Positions 1 to 14,700 of a stretch of 64,000 bases of DNA are shown one piece after another; position 1 is the first letter of the stretch; each line of letters starts with the position of its first letter. The DNA comes from Paragordius varius. Taxonomy: Eukaryota; Animalia; Nematomorpha. The stretch is taken from the NCBI GenBank assembly GCA_964247055.1, contig OZ176052.1:6758001-6822000 (forward strand), in the 5' to 3' direction. The position numbers were made by a program, and so were the translations under genes. The notes below the pieces were generated by a model. It was not told the DNA's origin, did not search any database, and saw only the letters and a program-made list of their open reading frames with translations.

Positions 1-559
1 ATTAAAATTTAATGTTTTTAAAAAGGTATCAACCTATATCAATTTCTTTTGCTTTCTAGCAAAATATATTTTACCTTACTTTAAGGATTAATAAGTACAC
101 AAATTTTTTTTAAAAAATTTGTCCATTAAGTTTAATACAAATGATTCTTTTAATAATACAATGAATTAGGTAATTTTTGACAAACAAGCAAATTAGATAC
201 TTTATTTATTTTCTCTTGAATATTTTTCCATCATTGGCTCGCGGAATCGGTGAATGTCGCTCGCATTTGAAAAAGTTGGGAAGAATTTCGTCTCTGCTAA
301 AATTATCTGTTCGATATAATAAAATTATTATTTATTACAGAATATATTAAAATAGCAAATTAAAATGGCAAAACAATGCAACTATTTTTTATTTGACGAA
401 TGAGACTTTAACAGCAGTATTAAATATTTTTAAATATATTACATAGTAACTACATAATAATTAACCATTTGTGGACTAGAAACTAATAGTTAACTGTTGG
501 AATTATTAACCAAAGCACAAAAATAATTCAAATCTAAAAAATAACGAGAATTATTTTAT

Positions 560-3200
560 ATAATCCTAAATGCTTTAAATATTTACTTAATGGTGCATTT
601 TATGGTTGGGTTATGGGTTTTTATTGTCTTTTTTATAGCAAATGCAAAATACTGCTCGGAGGACTGTTTTTTTTCGCTGATATTCAATACCTCCTTATGT
701 TCTTCGTCACGCCAACCTGAGGAAAGGGGTTGATCAACAGAATTTTAAGTGTCAATTATCCGAATTTCCATATTTGCTTATCTTGTTATTCAATAATCAT
801 TAGTTAAAGTTGAGAGGTAGTCGATAGAGGGGTTTCAAATGATGAGAAATGATGTCTTTTCTGTTATGATGGAAACATTGTCAAGATTATCATTTTTATT
901 GTGAATAAACCGAATTTTTTATTTTCTTATCATGTTCTTTTTGATTCTCATTAGTTTAAACGGAGAAGCAGTCAATAGAGAGGCGGGTTCTAATGGCTGA
1001 AAAATAAATTTTCTTATGATGGGAGTACTGTCAAAATTATCAGAATTTTTAGTGCGAAATCGTTTAAATTTCCATCTTATGTTGTTCTTTTGGACAATTC
1101 ATCATTGTAGGGCAGCTAGTTAATTGAATTTCAGGATTTATTTAAATTGCTGATATCAGATCTGATAATTTTTACAGTATTTCCATCATAAAAGAAAAGG
1201 CATCCACTTCTCAGTCACAAGAAACCGCCACTCAATCGACTGCTTCTCAGTTAAAACTAATGAATATCAAAAAGAACATAATAAGTAACTAAAAAATTCG
1301 GTTTATTTCACAATAAAAATGATAATCCTTACAGAACTTACATCATAATAAAAAATGCATTTACTTATAAAACGATGAATATTAAAAAAAGCATAATAAA
1401 TTCGGACCTCGACTATATAAAAATCTGATAATCTTGACATTACTTAAAGTTCAAATTTTGTTATCATATTCTTTTCCATAATTCCTCAATTTAATTGAGG
1501 GATATTCTGATTCGCTAAATCTTACTATTTTTTTATTTGTTCTTCCTGCGCGTTTTAATCCAAATTTGATTCAGAGTCAATCAAAATCTCCATTTTTTAA
1601 GAAAACTGAGCTGAACGGATGGATTTATGCAAAAAATTACTCAAACGCAAACGAGGAAATAATAATGAAAAATGGAAATAAAGTGAAAGACTAATTCAAA
1701 AAACGACTCAGTCATTAGGGGCATCCATAAGAAGAATAATACATAACTCAATGAACTTAAACGTTTTTCGGAAACATGCCTTAAAATCACAATTTGTGAA
1801 CTTTTATTTTTTTAAATCCTAGTTTATCAGTTGAGCGAAACAGAGAAACCAAATCAAATAAAGTGCACAGTCACTCTCGCTGCATTTATGTATTTAAATT
1901 TTTATATTTTGGAATTCATATGGGCCCAAACGTAAGTGATAGTTAACAAAAAAAGTAACTTAAGTTATAAATTCAGGGCCATAAAAAATCCATTTTATGG
2001 CTGCATGCCGCACGTGGACCGCGGTTTGAATAACATCTGCATAAAATGATAGCTCCATTTAAATAAAGGTTTTAATCTTAAAAAGATTATATATAAAAAT
2101 GGTAAAAACAAACAATTTTTAGGGATTTTTTTGAAATATTTATTTATCTTTTATTCCCTATTGATTTTGATGAGTTTTTGTTTCTCTGTCTTCTTTTTAG
2201 TGTTTTTTTCAATTTTCTCTCGTTTTTTCCAGCTATTCCGATTTCTTAACATATTAGGTAATTAAAAAATAAAATCTTACAACAAAAAGCGTCACACTTA
2301 GTTTCGGCCAACTTCAAAATCTTTCAAGATTGATAGTCTAGTTAAACAATTAATTGCGAAAAAACATACAAAAATTAAAATTATAATTAGGTAAAAATAT
2401 TTCCATAGCAACGCGATTTAAATGATTGCTTTTTTTGTCCTTTATTTATTTTGAAAACTACTAAAAAATAGTAAGTGGCGCGTTTAAAGCGTTACTTAAT
2501 ATGGTATTACAAAACAACAAATGAAAAATAGAACCCACAAAAGGGAAAAAATAGAATTTATGGTTAAAAATAAAATATTCACAAAATATATTAACACCTC
2601 ATGACCTTTTGGGGTAGGTTTATACTTGAGGGCCTATTAAAATATAAATATCCTAAAAAATATTTTTAGCATTTGTCCAAATTCGAAAATATTTTTAAGT
2701 AATCATTCATAAAAAAGTAAATTATTTAAATAAAAAGTGGACCCCGGTTTGAGTAGCATCAGAGGCGTACTAGGGGAGAGGAAAAGGGGACTGATGCACC
2801 GGGCGCCATAGTGAAGGACTGTCGGATTATAAAATTTTTTGATTTTATTTAAAAAAAATAGGTAATTAATTTTATTATTTTAAATAATACATTAAAAAAT
2901 AACCTATTTATGCATGGTCTCCACGGTTTGAATTTGATTATTATTTAAAAGTTTAATTAATTTAAACCAGAATATACATTTATTTGCCTGTTTCCTCGCG
3001 ATATAAAAAAATAAAGAAAAAAAGGACGGCAAAAAGTTTGAGATGAGGATTTTTTTACAATATTACTTTTTTTGCAACATGCGCCTAAAAGGCTAAAGTA
3101 TGCATATTTAAATTTGACCCAATGCTTAATATATTTTATTTAAATTTTGGATGGTCCTGGATTATAAAACTACCCCAAAGGTTCATAAAGTATTTAGAGT
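560..3200 (+). repeat. Composite repeat, copy 1 of a ~3 kb diverged direct duplication with an internal foldback; boundaries approximate
   Basis: Collinear matches to 5560-8730, e.g. 581 ATTTACTTAATGGTGCATTTT vs 5582 ATTTACCTAATGGTGCTTTTT, and ~2281 ACAAAAAGCGTCACAC..AGTTTCGGCCAACTT vs ~7311. Arms ~745-1050 and ~1155-1450 are reverse complements built of ~165-bp subunits. Confidence 0.75.
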
Positions 3201-5559
3201 TTAATTCATACGTAAAAAACTAACGTTTACCTTAATCCCACATTTGTGTTTAAGGAAATCCGGCGTATTGGCATATAAAATTCAGCAAGATATGTTAGGG
3301 CAAGATAGGTGTAGCCAATTGATGTCTTTAAATAAAAAATTGTGATAATATATATAAGGAAAGAGGTTGGCAACGCGAATTGAAAGATTTTTCCCTTTCA
3401 CTGTCATTTCTTTCTTTTGTGCTGAATGGAAGTTGTATGTTTAATGTGTTGCTTACGAGCTATTTTAAAACGACACAAGAAATAGAACTCACAAACGGGA
3501 AAAAAAATTAAAATATTTGAAGTCAAAAATCTAAAAAAAGAATATTCTAAAAAATAAAAAAAATATACAAATAAAATTTATTATATAATGATAGGCAGTG
3601 GTACTTACCAAAAATGTACGGGCTTAATAAAATATTTTTTGCCTAACTGTTCGACACATGCGAATATTTATATCGTTGCTTTGCGAGTCGCATACAAATC
3701 GCACCTAAATGCCTCCTGTGACATATAATTATATATAACATATAATGATAACACTACCTATCAACAATCACATACAATCCGTTGTCGTTATTTAATATTC
3801 ATTTTGTATTAATGTAATTTTTTATGCTATAATCAAAACAGGTTATCATATAGTAATGATAAATGTAAAAAATATAAATGTTGAAATATTTTTAGATAAC
3901 AAATCAATAAACATTTGCTAAATCAATATGCCAATATATAAAATAACACAAACAACGTGTGGCAAATTTTTAAATTTAATTTTTAAAAATCTCAACATAA
4001 CTTTTACATCAATCCGGGAAAGTCTTACAAAATATTTTTCATATGAACAAAAATCGAATATACCAAAATAAGAAAAATTACAACCGGGTTTTAGTTTTTA
4101 AATACTAAATACATAAATACATCAATTTTCTCTTAAATTTCGAAGCAATCATTTAATAAAAATGAGTTTAAATAATTCAAAAAGTACTTTTAGGGCCGCG
4201 GTTTGAGTATAACTGCTGATAGGATTTGGTGATTGAAGTATGCTGTTTATTTTGAATTGCAGGTCCTTAACATTTTACTATTTTGAGGTAATGGTTCATT
4301 CAAGAAAAGTCGCTCCAGAAAATCTTAAAAAATTTTACTAAAAGAGGGGCCAAAAATTTGGAGAAACGACCCAAAATTTATGTTAATAAACATAATGTTT
4401 ACTATTATTTGATGATTGGTTTATTTAATATTATTTAATTTATAAAATTATAGCATTGGTAGGTAATCATTGTTGGTTAAATTTACATATATTTTAGAGT
4501 ATTTTTTTCTTTTACTGGTTTTTGATAAAAATTATTAAAAAAATGTTTTAGGGGGATGGGGTGTAGGCAATATTTTTTTCAATTGGATGGGGCATGAACA
4601 AAAAAGGTAGGTAATCACTGATCTAATAATATAAAAATTTTCATCAAATTATTTTATATCTCAAATACACTTTGGATAAAATAACCTATATATTATACAT
4701 TCACAGTGGACTCGGTGGTTAAAAAATATATAACAGTTAAATAAAATTTGTCAAATGTAATTTCCTTTTATATCGAAAAAGTCATATAAAAAGTTAAAAA
4801 CTGTCCCTTCAGGTTTGCACAAAAGATCTCTTGTTTAAAACCAATTTTATCATTTATAATTTATATAGGTTTTATCATTTTCATTGTATTAGAGCGTATT
4901 ATCTAAAAAATATTTATTCAATACCCTAAATTTATTGAAATCTAAGATTTTTAAGCAGATTTATGATACTATATGTTTTTTTGTTTTTAGTTTTAAAAAT
5001 TAGGAATATACATTTTACCTTATCTGCAATACCGCTTCAGTATTTCATGTGAACTATCATATGACTAGATTACTGATCACTAGACATGCGCAACAAAAAT
5101 AATATAAAAAATTGATAAATATAGTTAAATAAAATTTTTATCTAATTTAATTATAACTCTTTTTTAACATATAAAACTAATATTAATATTAAGACACAAA
5201 GTTAAACTAAATTTTTACACTGATTATTTTAATTTTCATTAAGAGGGCTAAATTCAGTTAAATTAACTAAATTGAGTTTATTTTAAATCTATCCATTCAT
5301 ATTGAGCCAAAATTTGCAAATAATATTTAATAAATATTAATTTTTATCATATATAAGTTTCATAATTTCTGATATAGTGATATGCAAAAAAATTGATTTT
5401 TTCCGATAACCATAAATAGAAAAAGTGGGTTTCTCTATTTTTATTTTTTTATCCTTGTATTTTTGATATGAAGATGTCACAACGGTCATATTTAGCTAGG
5501 TGTGATATCTTAAAAATTTGTTGCACACTGTGTCATATAAGTTCTTCATACCATTTTAC

Positions 5560-8500
5560 ATTGTTTGTAAATGTTCTATATATTTACCTAATGGTGCTTT
5601 TTCTGTTTGGGTTATGGCTTTTTTCTTTTTGACCTTCTTTCTTTTACAGCTGACGGCTGAGACACTAAATTTTTTTGCCTGATATACATTTATTTCTCTA
5701 TTCTGATCTTCACAACAATCTGAGGAAAGGGGTTGATCATCAGAATTTTTGTCAATCATCCGAATTTCTTTATTTGCTTATTATGTTCTTTCTCAAAAAT
5801 CATTGGTTTGAATTGAGAGGTATCGAAAGGGGTTTCTAATGATGAGAAATGAAAGTTTCTGTTATAATGGAAGCACTGTCAGGATTAGCATTTTTATTAA
5901 CAATCCTAATAGTCTGAATATATTTTCATATCATTATGTTGTTTAATATTAATCAGTTTAAATTGAGAGGCAGTCGATAGAGGGCGTTTTCTAATGGATG
6001 AAAAGTAGATGTCTTTTTTATGATGGGAGTAGTGTCAGGATCATCAGAATTTTTATTGCGAAATCGTTTAACTTTGCATATTTTCTTATGTTGTTCTTGT
6101 GGACAATTCATCATTAAAGGGTAGCTGTTTAATTAAAAATGGATTTATTCCGGTATGCTGCTATCAAATCATTCTGATATTCTTGACAGAATTTTCATAA
6201 AAAAAAGGCAACCACTTCTCAGTCGATACAAACCGCCGCTCATCTGCCTCTCAATTCAAACTGATGAATATCAAAAACAACATAATAAGAAAACAAATAT
6301 TCCGTTATTTCACAATAAAAATGATAATCCTTACAGAACTTCCATCATAATAAAAAAGGCATCCACTTCTCAATTATGAGAAACCCCCTCTCTTCTCAAA
6401 CCGATGAATATTAAAAAAGAGCATAACAAATTCGGACCTATGTTAAAAAATCTGATAATCTTGACATTACTTGTGAAGTTGAAATTTTATCATATTCTTT
6501 TACAAAATTTATTTGAAGGATATTCTGCTATTTTCACTAAATCTTACTGTTTTCTTTTATTTGCGCTTCCTACACGTTTCAATCCAAATTTGATTCAGAG
6601 CCAATCAAAATCTCCATATATCAAAAAGACTGATCTGAACGGATGATACAAAAAAATGCTCAGTAACCCCAAACATTGAATAAATTATGAAAATAAGCGT
6701 CCACATTTTCTGGATCATTGTTTCAAAGCCAATAATTGTTTAAATAATTTCATTTCAGGAGGATGGAAATAAAATGAGAGCCTAATTTAAAAAACGACTC
6801 AGTTTTAGGGGCATTTATAAATTCATAGTTGAAACTGAATGAACTTATACGATTTTCGGAAACTTGCTTATATCATTGTGGACTTTTATTTTTTCAAAAG
6901 TCATAGTTTTTCAGTTGAGAGAAGCTACAATAAAGTGCTCAGTTACTCTCGCCGCATTTATATTTTAAAATTTTACTTTGGAAATGAGCCTACGTTCATA
7001 ACACAGTCTCATTTACATTAAAAAAGAAATTTCTTTATAAATTCATTATAAAAATCCATTGATAGTTCCATTCAAATAAAGGTTTTAATCTCAAAAATAT
7101 TATCATAAAAATGGTAAAAAATCAATATTTAAGGATTTTTTAAAATATTTTATATTCTTTGATAATCTTATATTGATTTTGTTTGTTCTGTCTTCTTTTT
7201 AGTGTTCCTTTGCGATTTTCTTCTAGTTTCTTTCACCAATAATTTATATAAAGCCCTATTTCGTAACATATTAAGCAATCAAATAAAATATATTTAATAA
7301 AAATCTTACAACAAAAAGCGTCACACGGAGTTTCGGCCAACTTTAAAATTTTCCCAAAACGCCTGTTTTGTTGGACAAGATTGATAGCTTAGTTTCACAT
7401 AAACCAACAATTAAGACATTTCTCAATGATTAGTATTAAACTTTACTTCGAAATATCTGAGTTTATATCTTAGTTGCCATCTGTATCAATAATTAAGAGT
7501 TTAATTCATATCTAACATGTAGTTTACCTCTTTAATACCACATTTGTGATTAAGAATACCATATATTGCAGTACAATAATTGGAATATGTTAAGGCAAGA
7601 CAGATGAAATGATAGAAACCTTTAAACAGACTCTCAATAAAATTGTCATAAGATATGTAAGGAAAGAGTTCCCATAGCAACGCGATTCGGCAGAAATTTT
7701 TCTTTACTAAACTTTCTATTAACTATAATAGTTAGCGCGTTTAAGGCGTTACTTGCTGTTTCAAAACAACAAATAAAAAATAAAACTTGCAAAAGGGAAA
7801 AAATAGAATTTAGGGTTCTAAAAAGTGAAATATACAAAAATATATTGGGTAGTTTTATATTTAAGGGCCTATAAAACATAAATATCTAAAAAAATATTTT
7901 TAGCATTGGGCCAAATTTAAAAATATGGTTTCTTTAGCCATTTTGGCGGATAAATTTTTGTAAAAATTTTAATTTTAAAAAGACCCACAAATATTTTCAC
8001 CGCCATATTTTTTTAATATTGTGCAACAGGCAAATACAGTTTTTAAAATTTTATAATACAGGAAAAGTAGGTTTGATTGCATATTAACCAAAACAACTTT
8101 CAAAACTGTAGTTAGTTTACTATAAAAGTTCTGTGATAGAAAAGAAAACACCCCAAAATGTAATGATGTGTTAATATAAAAATTCTTCTCGAGTAAGTAA
8201 ATTATATATTGTAAATATTGTGTTAGCACTTTATTATATTACATTTTTTTGCCACGATGCTATTTTGGGGTAAATTTCTTCCCCTAGTATAAAGTAGTAA
8301 AGCGACTATGAGATATGTTTTTGCTTAAATTTAATTATTCAAACCCTATTCTCCTTTATTGATAAAAACATACAATTTTTACAGTTTTGTGACTTTCAGC
8401 TCCAAAACACAATTAAACGAACAGCTGATATTAATATCAATCAAATATTAGCAGCTAAATAAATAAAGCCTTTTTAATTATTTCTACCTTTCATCCATAA

Positions 8501-8730
8501 TATGTAGTTATTGGCGTTTTGTATTCAGGATTTAAAAAAATTAAAGAAAAGAAATGGCGGTGAAAAAGTTTTAGATAATTTTACAATACTTTTTTAAAAA
8601 TTAATCATGCTCTTAAAGAGCTAATGAAAGCATATCAATGCAACATATTTTTTAATATATTTAAATTTTAAATGGCCCGGGGGATAAAACTACCCCAAAA
8701 GGTCATGAAATATTAAAAATATGGATTCAT
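5560..8730 (+). repeat. Composite repeat, copy 2 (foldback arms ~5745-6055 and ~6170-6470); boundaries approximate
   Basis: Same ordered motifs as 560-3200, about 5 kb downstream. The short ORFs at 5556-7021 fall inside this repeat. Confidence 0.75.
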
Positions 8731-8789
8731 AATCATTGAAAACGTATCCAAATTTATTATTTTGATATATAATTAATTTCTTTTTGCAG

Positions 8790-11700
8790 TTATGAATTTT
8801 CAAGCAAATAAATAATTTTGTGCCATGCATCATTAATCATCACAATAAACATAAACAGTGTACCAAATAAAAAGGTAATGAGAAGTTTACTAAACGGTTT
8901 ATTTAAGCCAGAAAATACGTGATAAATTATCATCCCTGAACAATAGATGAAGGTAATGAGTAAACTGTAGGTGCGCAAAGACATTATGCGCTCCGTGTCA
9001 CCTGAAAGTATGGTCATTTTATTAGATAAACGCTCGCTGGTTGTTGTAGCTTTTATGGATGATATTTTGGTTTGTCCTTCTTGGTTACTTGGTTTTAAAT
9101 GATTTGAATAGGCTTCTTGTCTTTCATTTCGAACTGAGGCATATGAAAACGAATGGATTCGTTGCATCCTTGGTTTACTTTTACAGAAGTATTGCTTGAA
9201 GAGTGTTGGAAAGACGCGGCCAATTTTGAGGTTGTACCACACACAAAGCGATATTATGGCAATGTCGAAGCTTGTTTGGAATGCCAGGTAACTATTGTCA
9301 TTTGCTAGAGGTGAACAAAATTTAAACACGCTTAGCTTGAAAAATGTAATTTGGTTTGTATTATTGGCGTAATGTCGCATATCACCGAGTACTTTGAGCA
9401 TATTTGGTTTAACAGCTAAATGTCTGTTGATGTGCATCTGTTGAAAAGTTTCAAAGTATGCCAGATTTGTGGGATCAAATATGGCAAACATTGTTAAACC
9501 TAATATCTATAATAAAAGAATGAATGGAATTTTTTTATAGAAATATTTGTTTTACAAGCCAGATACAATGACGAATTGGATAAAATTTATTTTTTACCGA
9601 TTACACAAAATCTATATAATGAATAAAAAATGAAAATCAAACCATGTCAATAATCTAAAATAATTATAAATATTCTTGCTAATTCATATTCTTCATTTAT
9701 GTTACACATGGCGTGCTTATGACCGTTACCATGAGATTGGTCAAATTTAAAAGCTGCAATACATGATATTTTTATGGAGTTGGTATGACAGATTTTATTT
9801 AAATGGTTTGAAATCACACCCTAATCACGCTTGTTTATTTAAGATATTAACACATGAAGGAAAAAATATAAATCGAAATACAGATATGAAGATACAGGAC
9901 CGTTACTATGACCGTTTATTCTTATATATATATAACGAAATTAAAGTTATTATGATGGTATAGTAGGTAGGGCGCCGGTTCACACTGCTGAGTTCAAACC
10001 CCGATACTACTCAATTTTTCCATCATCGGTGTTAGCCCTGGGCAGGCGAGTGTTAAAGCCTTCACAAGTCCGGATACAATTTAAGTCAAAAAGGAAAAAA
10101 GAGACTCTAAACTGTATATTTATTTATTTAAGATTTGTTTATCACACACACTCGACTCACCTGATGTGAATTAATGTAAAATAAAAGCAAGATTAAAAAA
10201 TTTTAAAAATAGAACTGTTTTGTTAAGTTTTATTTGATTGTCATTAATAATATTACATTATAAAAAGCAATATCATTGGCTAATTTCTTTTTTTATTTAA
10301 TGACATATATTTTCGATTGTTGTATTAACTGGTATTATGTATGATTGCATTCATCTGCAAAGAGGTTGGCTATTACAATTACCATAAAAACCCTAACCTA
10401 AACGAAAATTTGCTAAATGAATATTTTTAACAATCAAAGGTATTTGATAAACTAAATATGAACTATTTATAGAAAAAAATATATGTTGTTATATCTCATT
10501 TTTTTATTTATAAGCTAAATAAAACTTTGGAAAATATAGTAAACTTATGTACAATCAAGCACTAAACCATTTTGAATTCTAATTAATTTATGTAACAGCT
10601 GATATTTTATTAAAAAATCGCTATTTTAGTCCTATACTTATTAATATTTAGCTCTATTCATATAATACCTTATTCAATATTATATATGACCTATTCAGCA
10701 TTCATATAAAAGCATGTATAAATATAAATGTATATATTTACTTGAAAAAGAATAATGGCCCATACAATCCAAATTAAATTCCTAACATGATATCTTCTTC
10801 TGATAATAAATTTTTGATAAATGATATGTAGTTGACAAAACATGACAGAAAATATAACTGTACCACTAATTTGCCAAAGGTACTGACCAATATTGCATAT
10901 TGTCAAATTTTTATTGCTAAGCAAAAAGAATATGCTAACAAATCCCGCTAGTAATGCCAGGTATTTTAAATGATATAATATCCTTATTTCAAGTTTGAAA
11001 ATCAAGTTTTTATAATTTTTCATGTATATAACAGCCAAAATAATCCATATAAAAATTCCAAAAGCATTGACAAAATATAAGACGGCTGGCCAAAATTCCA
11101 TTTGATTAATATTAAAGATGGGTATTGGTGTGCACTGTTTATTATGAGATACAATTTTTCTATCATTACGGTAAAATCGTATTATATTAGTGGTTTCTTG
11201 GAGTTGCTGTAACAGATCAGGGTTTATAAGTACGATGATTAAATGTGATCTAGATTTCTGATACAGCGTAACTATGTGATGTTTTCCCGGTATGGGCCAT
11301 GTAAAAATGGGACACATTCGACACGGTTCTGTTACGCTATTGGCATTGTAATAGGCTCTTAATGGACATGTGTGACAAACCCAGCAACATCTATCCGAAG
11401 TTGGGAGAGAGTATTCGTATGTTTTGCATAATGGACTACATCTTGCCTTAGGGGCTGTCATCTCGTCACTAAAACTTATATTGTTTATGATTATGTCTTG
11501 TGTTATAACCAGTTCTTCAGTTACATTATTAAAATGGCCAACCTCCAGCATTTGATAGATGTTGGATGATATTTTGCGAAAATTACCTACTTTGATACGA
11601 CTTAAGTCTCGCGAATATCCACTAAGTTTTTGGCCCACATAGGAGTGATGAATTTGTAAATAGGTTTGATTAATAAAAGATAACATATTTTGGTTTCGGA

Positions 11701-14700
11701 TGCATTGCAATAAAAAACGTTTGAGTGACCTATTGTTTTCAAAAGACTTATTTCCGTGAACACTGTTTAATCTTTGTTCAATATGGGGCAAACATTTGGA
11801 TGCTACCATATTCTCAAACGATTTTATTATTGAAGTTGCTGCGGTAACGGTAAGTGAGACTTGTTGATGATTAAAATTATTTTGGTGGGGATTGCTTTCA
11901 ACAATTAGTCTCTGTGCAATATTCTTTTGATTTAACGCATAAGACAACCATTCATGTCTTGTCTTATTTTTATGGTCAATAAGCCATCTAACATAGTCCT
12001 TTAAATCTTGATAATTTTCCAGTATGGCTATTGTTTGACAAGCTAAATGCTCCACGCCAGCATCCCTAATTTCCAAACTGTCTGGCCAGGAATCCACAGC
12101 CACAAAAATTATTTTGGGGTTTGTGTCGATCGAGTTTATAATTTTCAAGATTTCGATGTAATGAGATCGCCTAACATACATGAGGACAACCAAATATTTT
12201 TGATGGGATTCATCAATTAACGTTTCTAACTGCCTTTTAATATCGTAAAATGTGCTGTTAAAATTTAATATTGCTACAATGGGAATTTCGATATGTTGTT
12301 TTAAACAAGCAATATTTTTCAGTTCCTTTTTGGTTTGGTAATAAAAATAATTGTAATAATCATCATCGCTATAGATTATAGCGTATCGGTTCCATTTAAA
12401 GTATTCAAATACTTTGGATACGGCCATTATAAAGCTACTTTGGGATGACATGGGAGTAAAGAAGTATGTGAACCTGTTGATATTAGGTATAAATAGATTA
12501 TAAAATTAATACTTTGAAATTATTGGGATTTTTTGGTTTAAGGATCACTAGCAAAATATACTTTCCTGTTTAAAAATCGGTATAAAATTAATTTTATGCA
12601 GTGTTGAAACTATTATAGAAGCCACTTTAAATATAAAAAGTCAGTTTATAACCATTAAAAAATTACCCCATATTACAGTTAATTATAGATATATAATTTA
12701 AATTTTTTAAAAACTTTTTCTCCAAAAGATCTATATTTTTTTTGATTCTTTTAAAAACTTTTTTCTCAAAAAATAGTAATATATACAATTTATGCATAAA
12801 CAAGTCATCGTTGTTGGCAGTTGGACTAATATGAGGAATTTTAGCGAATGTTACGATAGGAGACACAGCTTTAACTACTGGGCTATTCAGAGGTCCTACA
12901 AGGCTTGTTATCAAGGTTCCATTATTGACTTCATTTATTAATCTTAAGGCTTGTAACTTGAATTATATGGTATATATAATTATTTATATAATAATCTGCA
13001 ACTAATTTCCAATTAATAATTAACTATAAACAATACTTTTGGTAAGATATATATAATTTGACATCTAAAAGCTAAAAAAATAAATGAAAAGAGTAATCAA
13101 TCGGAAATATTTTATTTTTCTGCCCCCTTGATTTTTTCAGTCCAAATAAAACCCCGAATATCCTTTTATTTAAATACGATTAATATTGAACTATATGGAA
13201 GATACAAAATTAAGAATGATCCAAATTAAAATATTTTTTTCTGTTCCAACTTGCCACTGATTTTACCATAAATTCTATTCATACTAATTGAATGCATCAC
13301 AAAGATTAAAAGCAGAAAGCACAAATTGATTATTAATATAATTATATTAGTCATGGCCGTGAATAACTGCATTCATAAGGGGAGAGAGCGGTTATTTGTG
13401 ACAAGTCAAAGCCCAACCTAATGTAATAACTATTAGTATATAAAAAAATGAAACGTTTGCAAGCAATTAACATGTATGCGTTTTTCTAAATCAGGGGTCT
13501 CCAACACAAATGGCTTAAAGAGCCACATTTTCGACCCCAAAAATCCGAAGAACCACAGTTGAATTAATATATATCAAGACATAGTATCAAATAATTATTA
13601 TATAACATATAGAGATGTGTTAATTGTCATATAAATAACAAAATAACTAGTACAAATATTTTAATATTGCTAAATTTGCTGTTAAATTGTACTAATATGT
13701 GTATCCGATGAAAAGCATGGGCACATTAAACTTAATTTTTTAAATATATCTGCCAAAGCACAAATATATATTATATCACAATGAATTCTATTCGAGAAAT
13801 TGATGAATTTTTTCACAGAAGACAACTTAAACTTACTCCACTTAAATTCCTGCTGAACTGTGTTTAGCATGCAATATTAAATATTTAAAGAATTAGAAAT
13901 ATATGTATGAGCTACCGAGGATCCTTTTATAAGAAAAGAAAATAGAGATTCTATTATCAGTTTTTCATTTCCGTAGTCATATTAATAAAATCCAGATGCA
14001 CGGTATTAGTCTATCTTTTTGTAATTCGTGAAACGCACTCAATGTTAGTTTACAAATAAGGCACATGGGTTTATGATTAGAATTTTGTGTAAAATTATAT
14101 TATTCCCACGGATTATATTTTCTTTTAACTTTTATAGATTTATGCATGTAATTTATATCTGACTTTAAATAAATAATAATTTACTGCACTAATGTATCAA
14201 TATAAATTAAGTTCCGCAAAAAATAATATCTCAAAAATGACTATAAAAAAGTTTATTGTAAATATTCGAATACGTAATTTAGAAATCCAATAATATCGGT
14301 ATTGCTATATTAAAAATGAGACTGTGATTTTCAATATGCTCTTTCACTATTTAAATAAAAACATTTACCAATTGCAAATATTTTCGAATACGTAATTTAC
14401 ACCATTAATATGGGTATTGCTATATTAAATGTGGAACTGTGGTAGAAATAAGGCTCTTTCACTAAATATTTACCAAAAAAATTTACCAATGCCATGTATT
14501 CTATAAATTTTCAGATAAAGGAAATAAATGATTAAATGAAGGTGATGAAAAATAATAATAAATATTATAAAAATATTTTAAAAATTTTACATCTCCACTC
14601 AAAAATAAAACTTTGAAAAATTTTTTTTTTCAAAATATTTAGCCACTCAAAATTTTTAAAGAGCTACAAGTGGCACTGGAACCACCGGTTACCCCTGTTC

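Noticed and set aside
5556-8229. Cluster of 60-84-aa ORFs
   Set aside because: They lie inside the duplicated foldback repeat, are low-complexity AT-driven, and are not conserved as ORFs in the other copy.
9950-10010. tRNA gene
   Set aside because: Only A/B-box-like motifs, with no acceptor stem or cloverleaf; called SINE-like instead.
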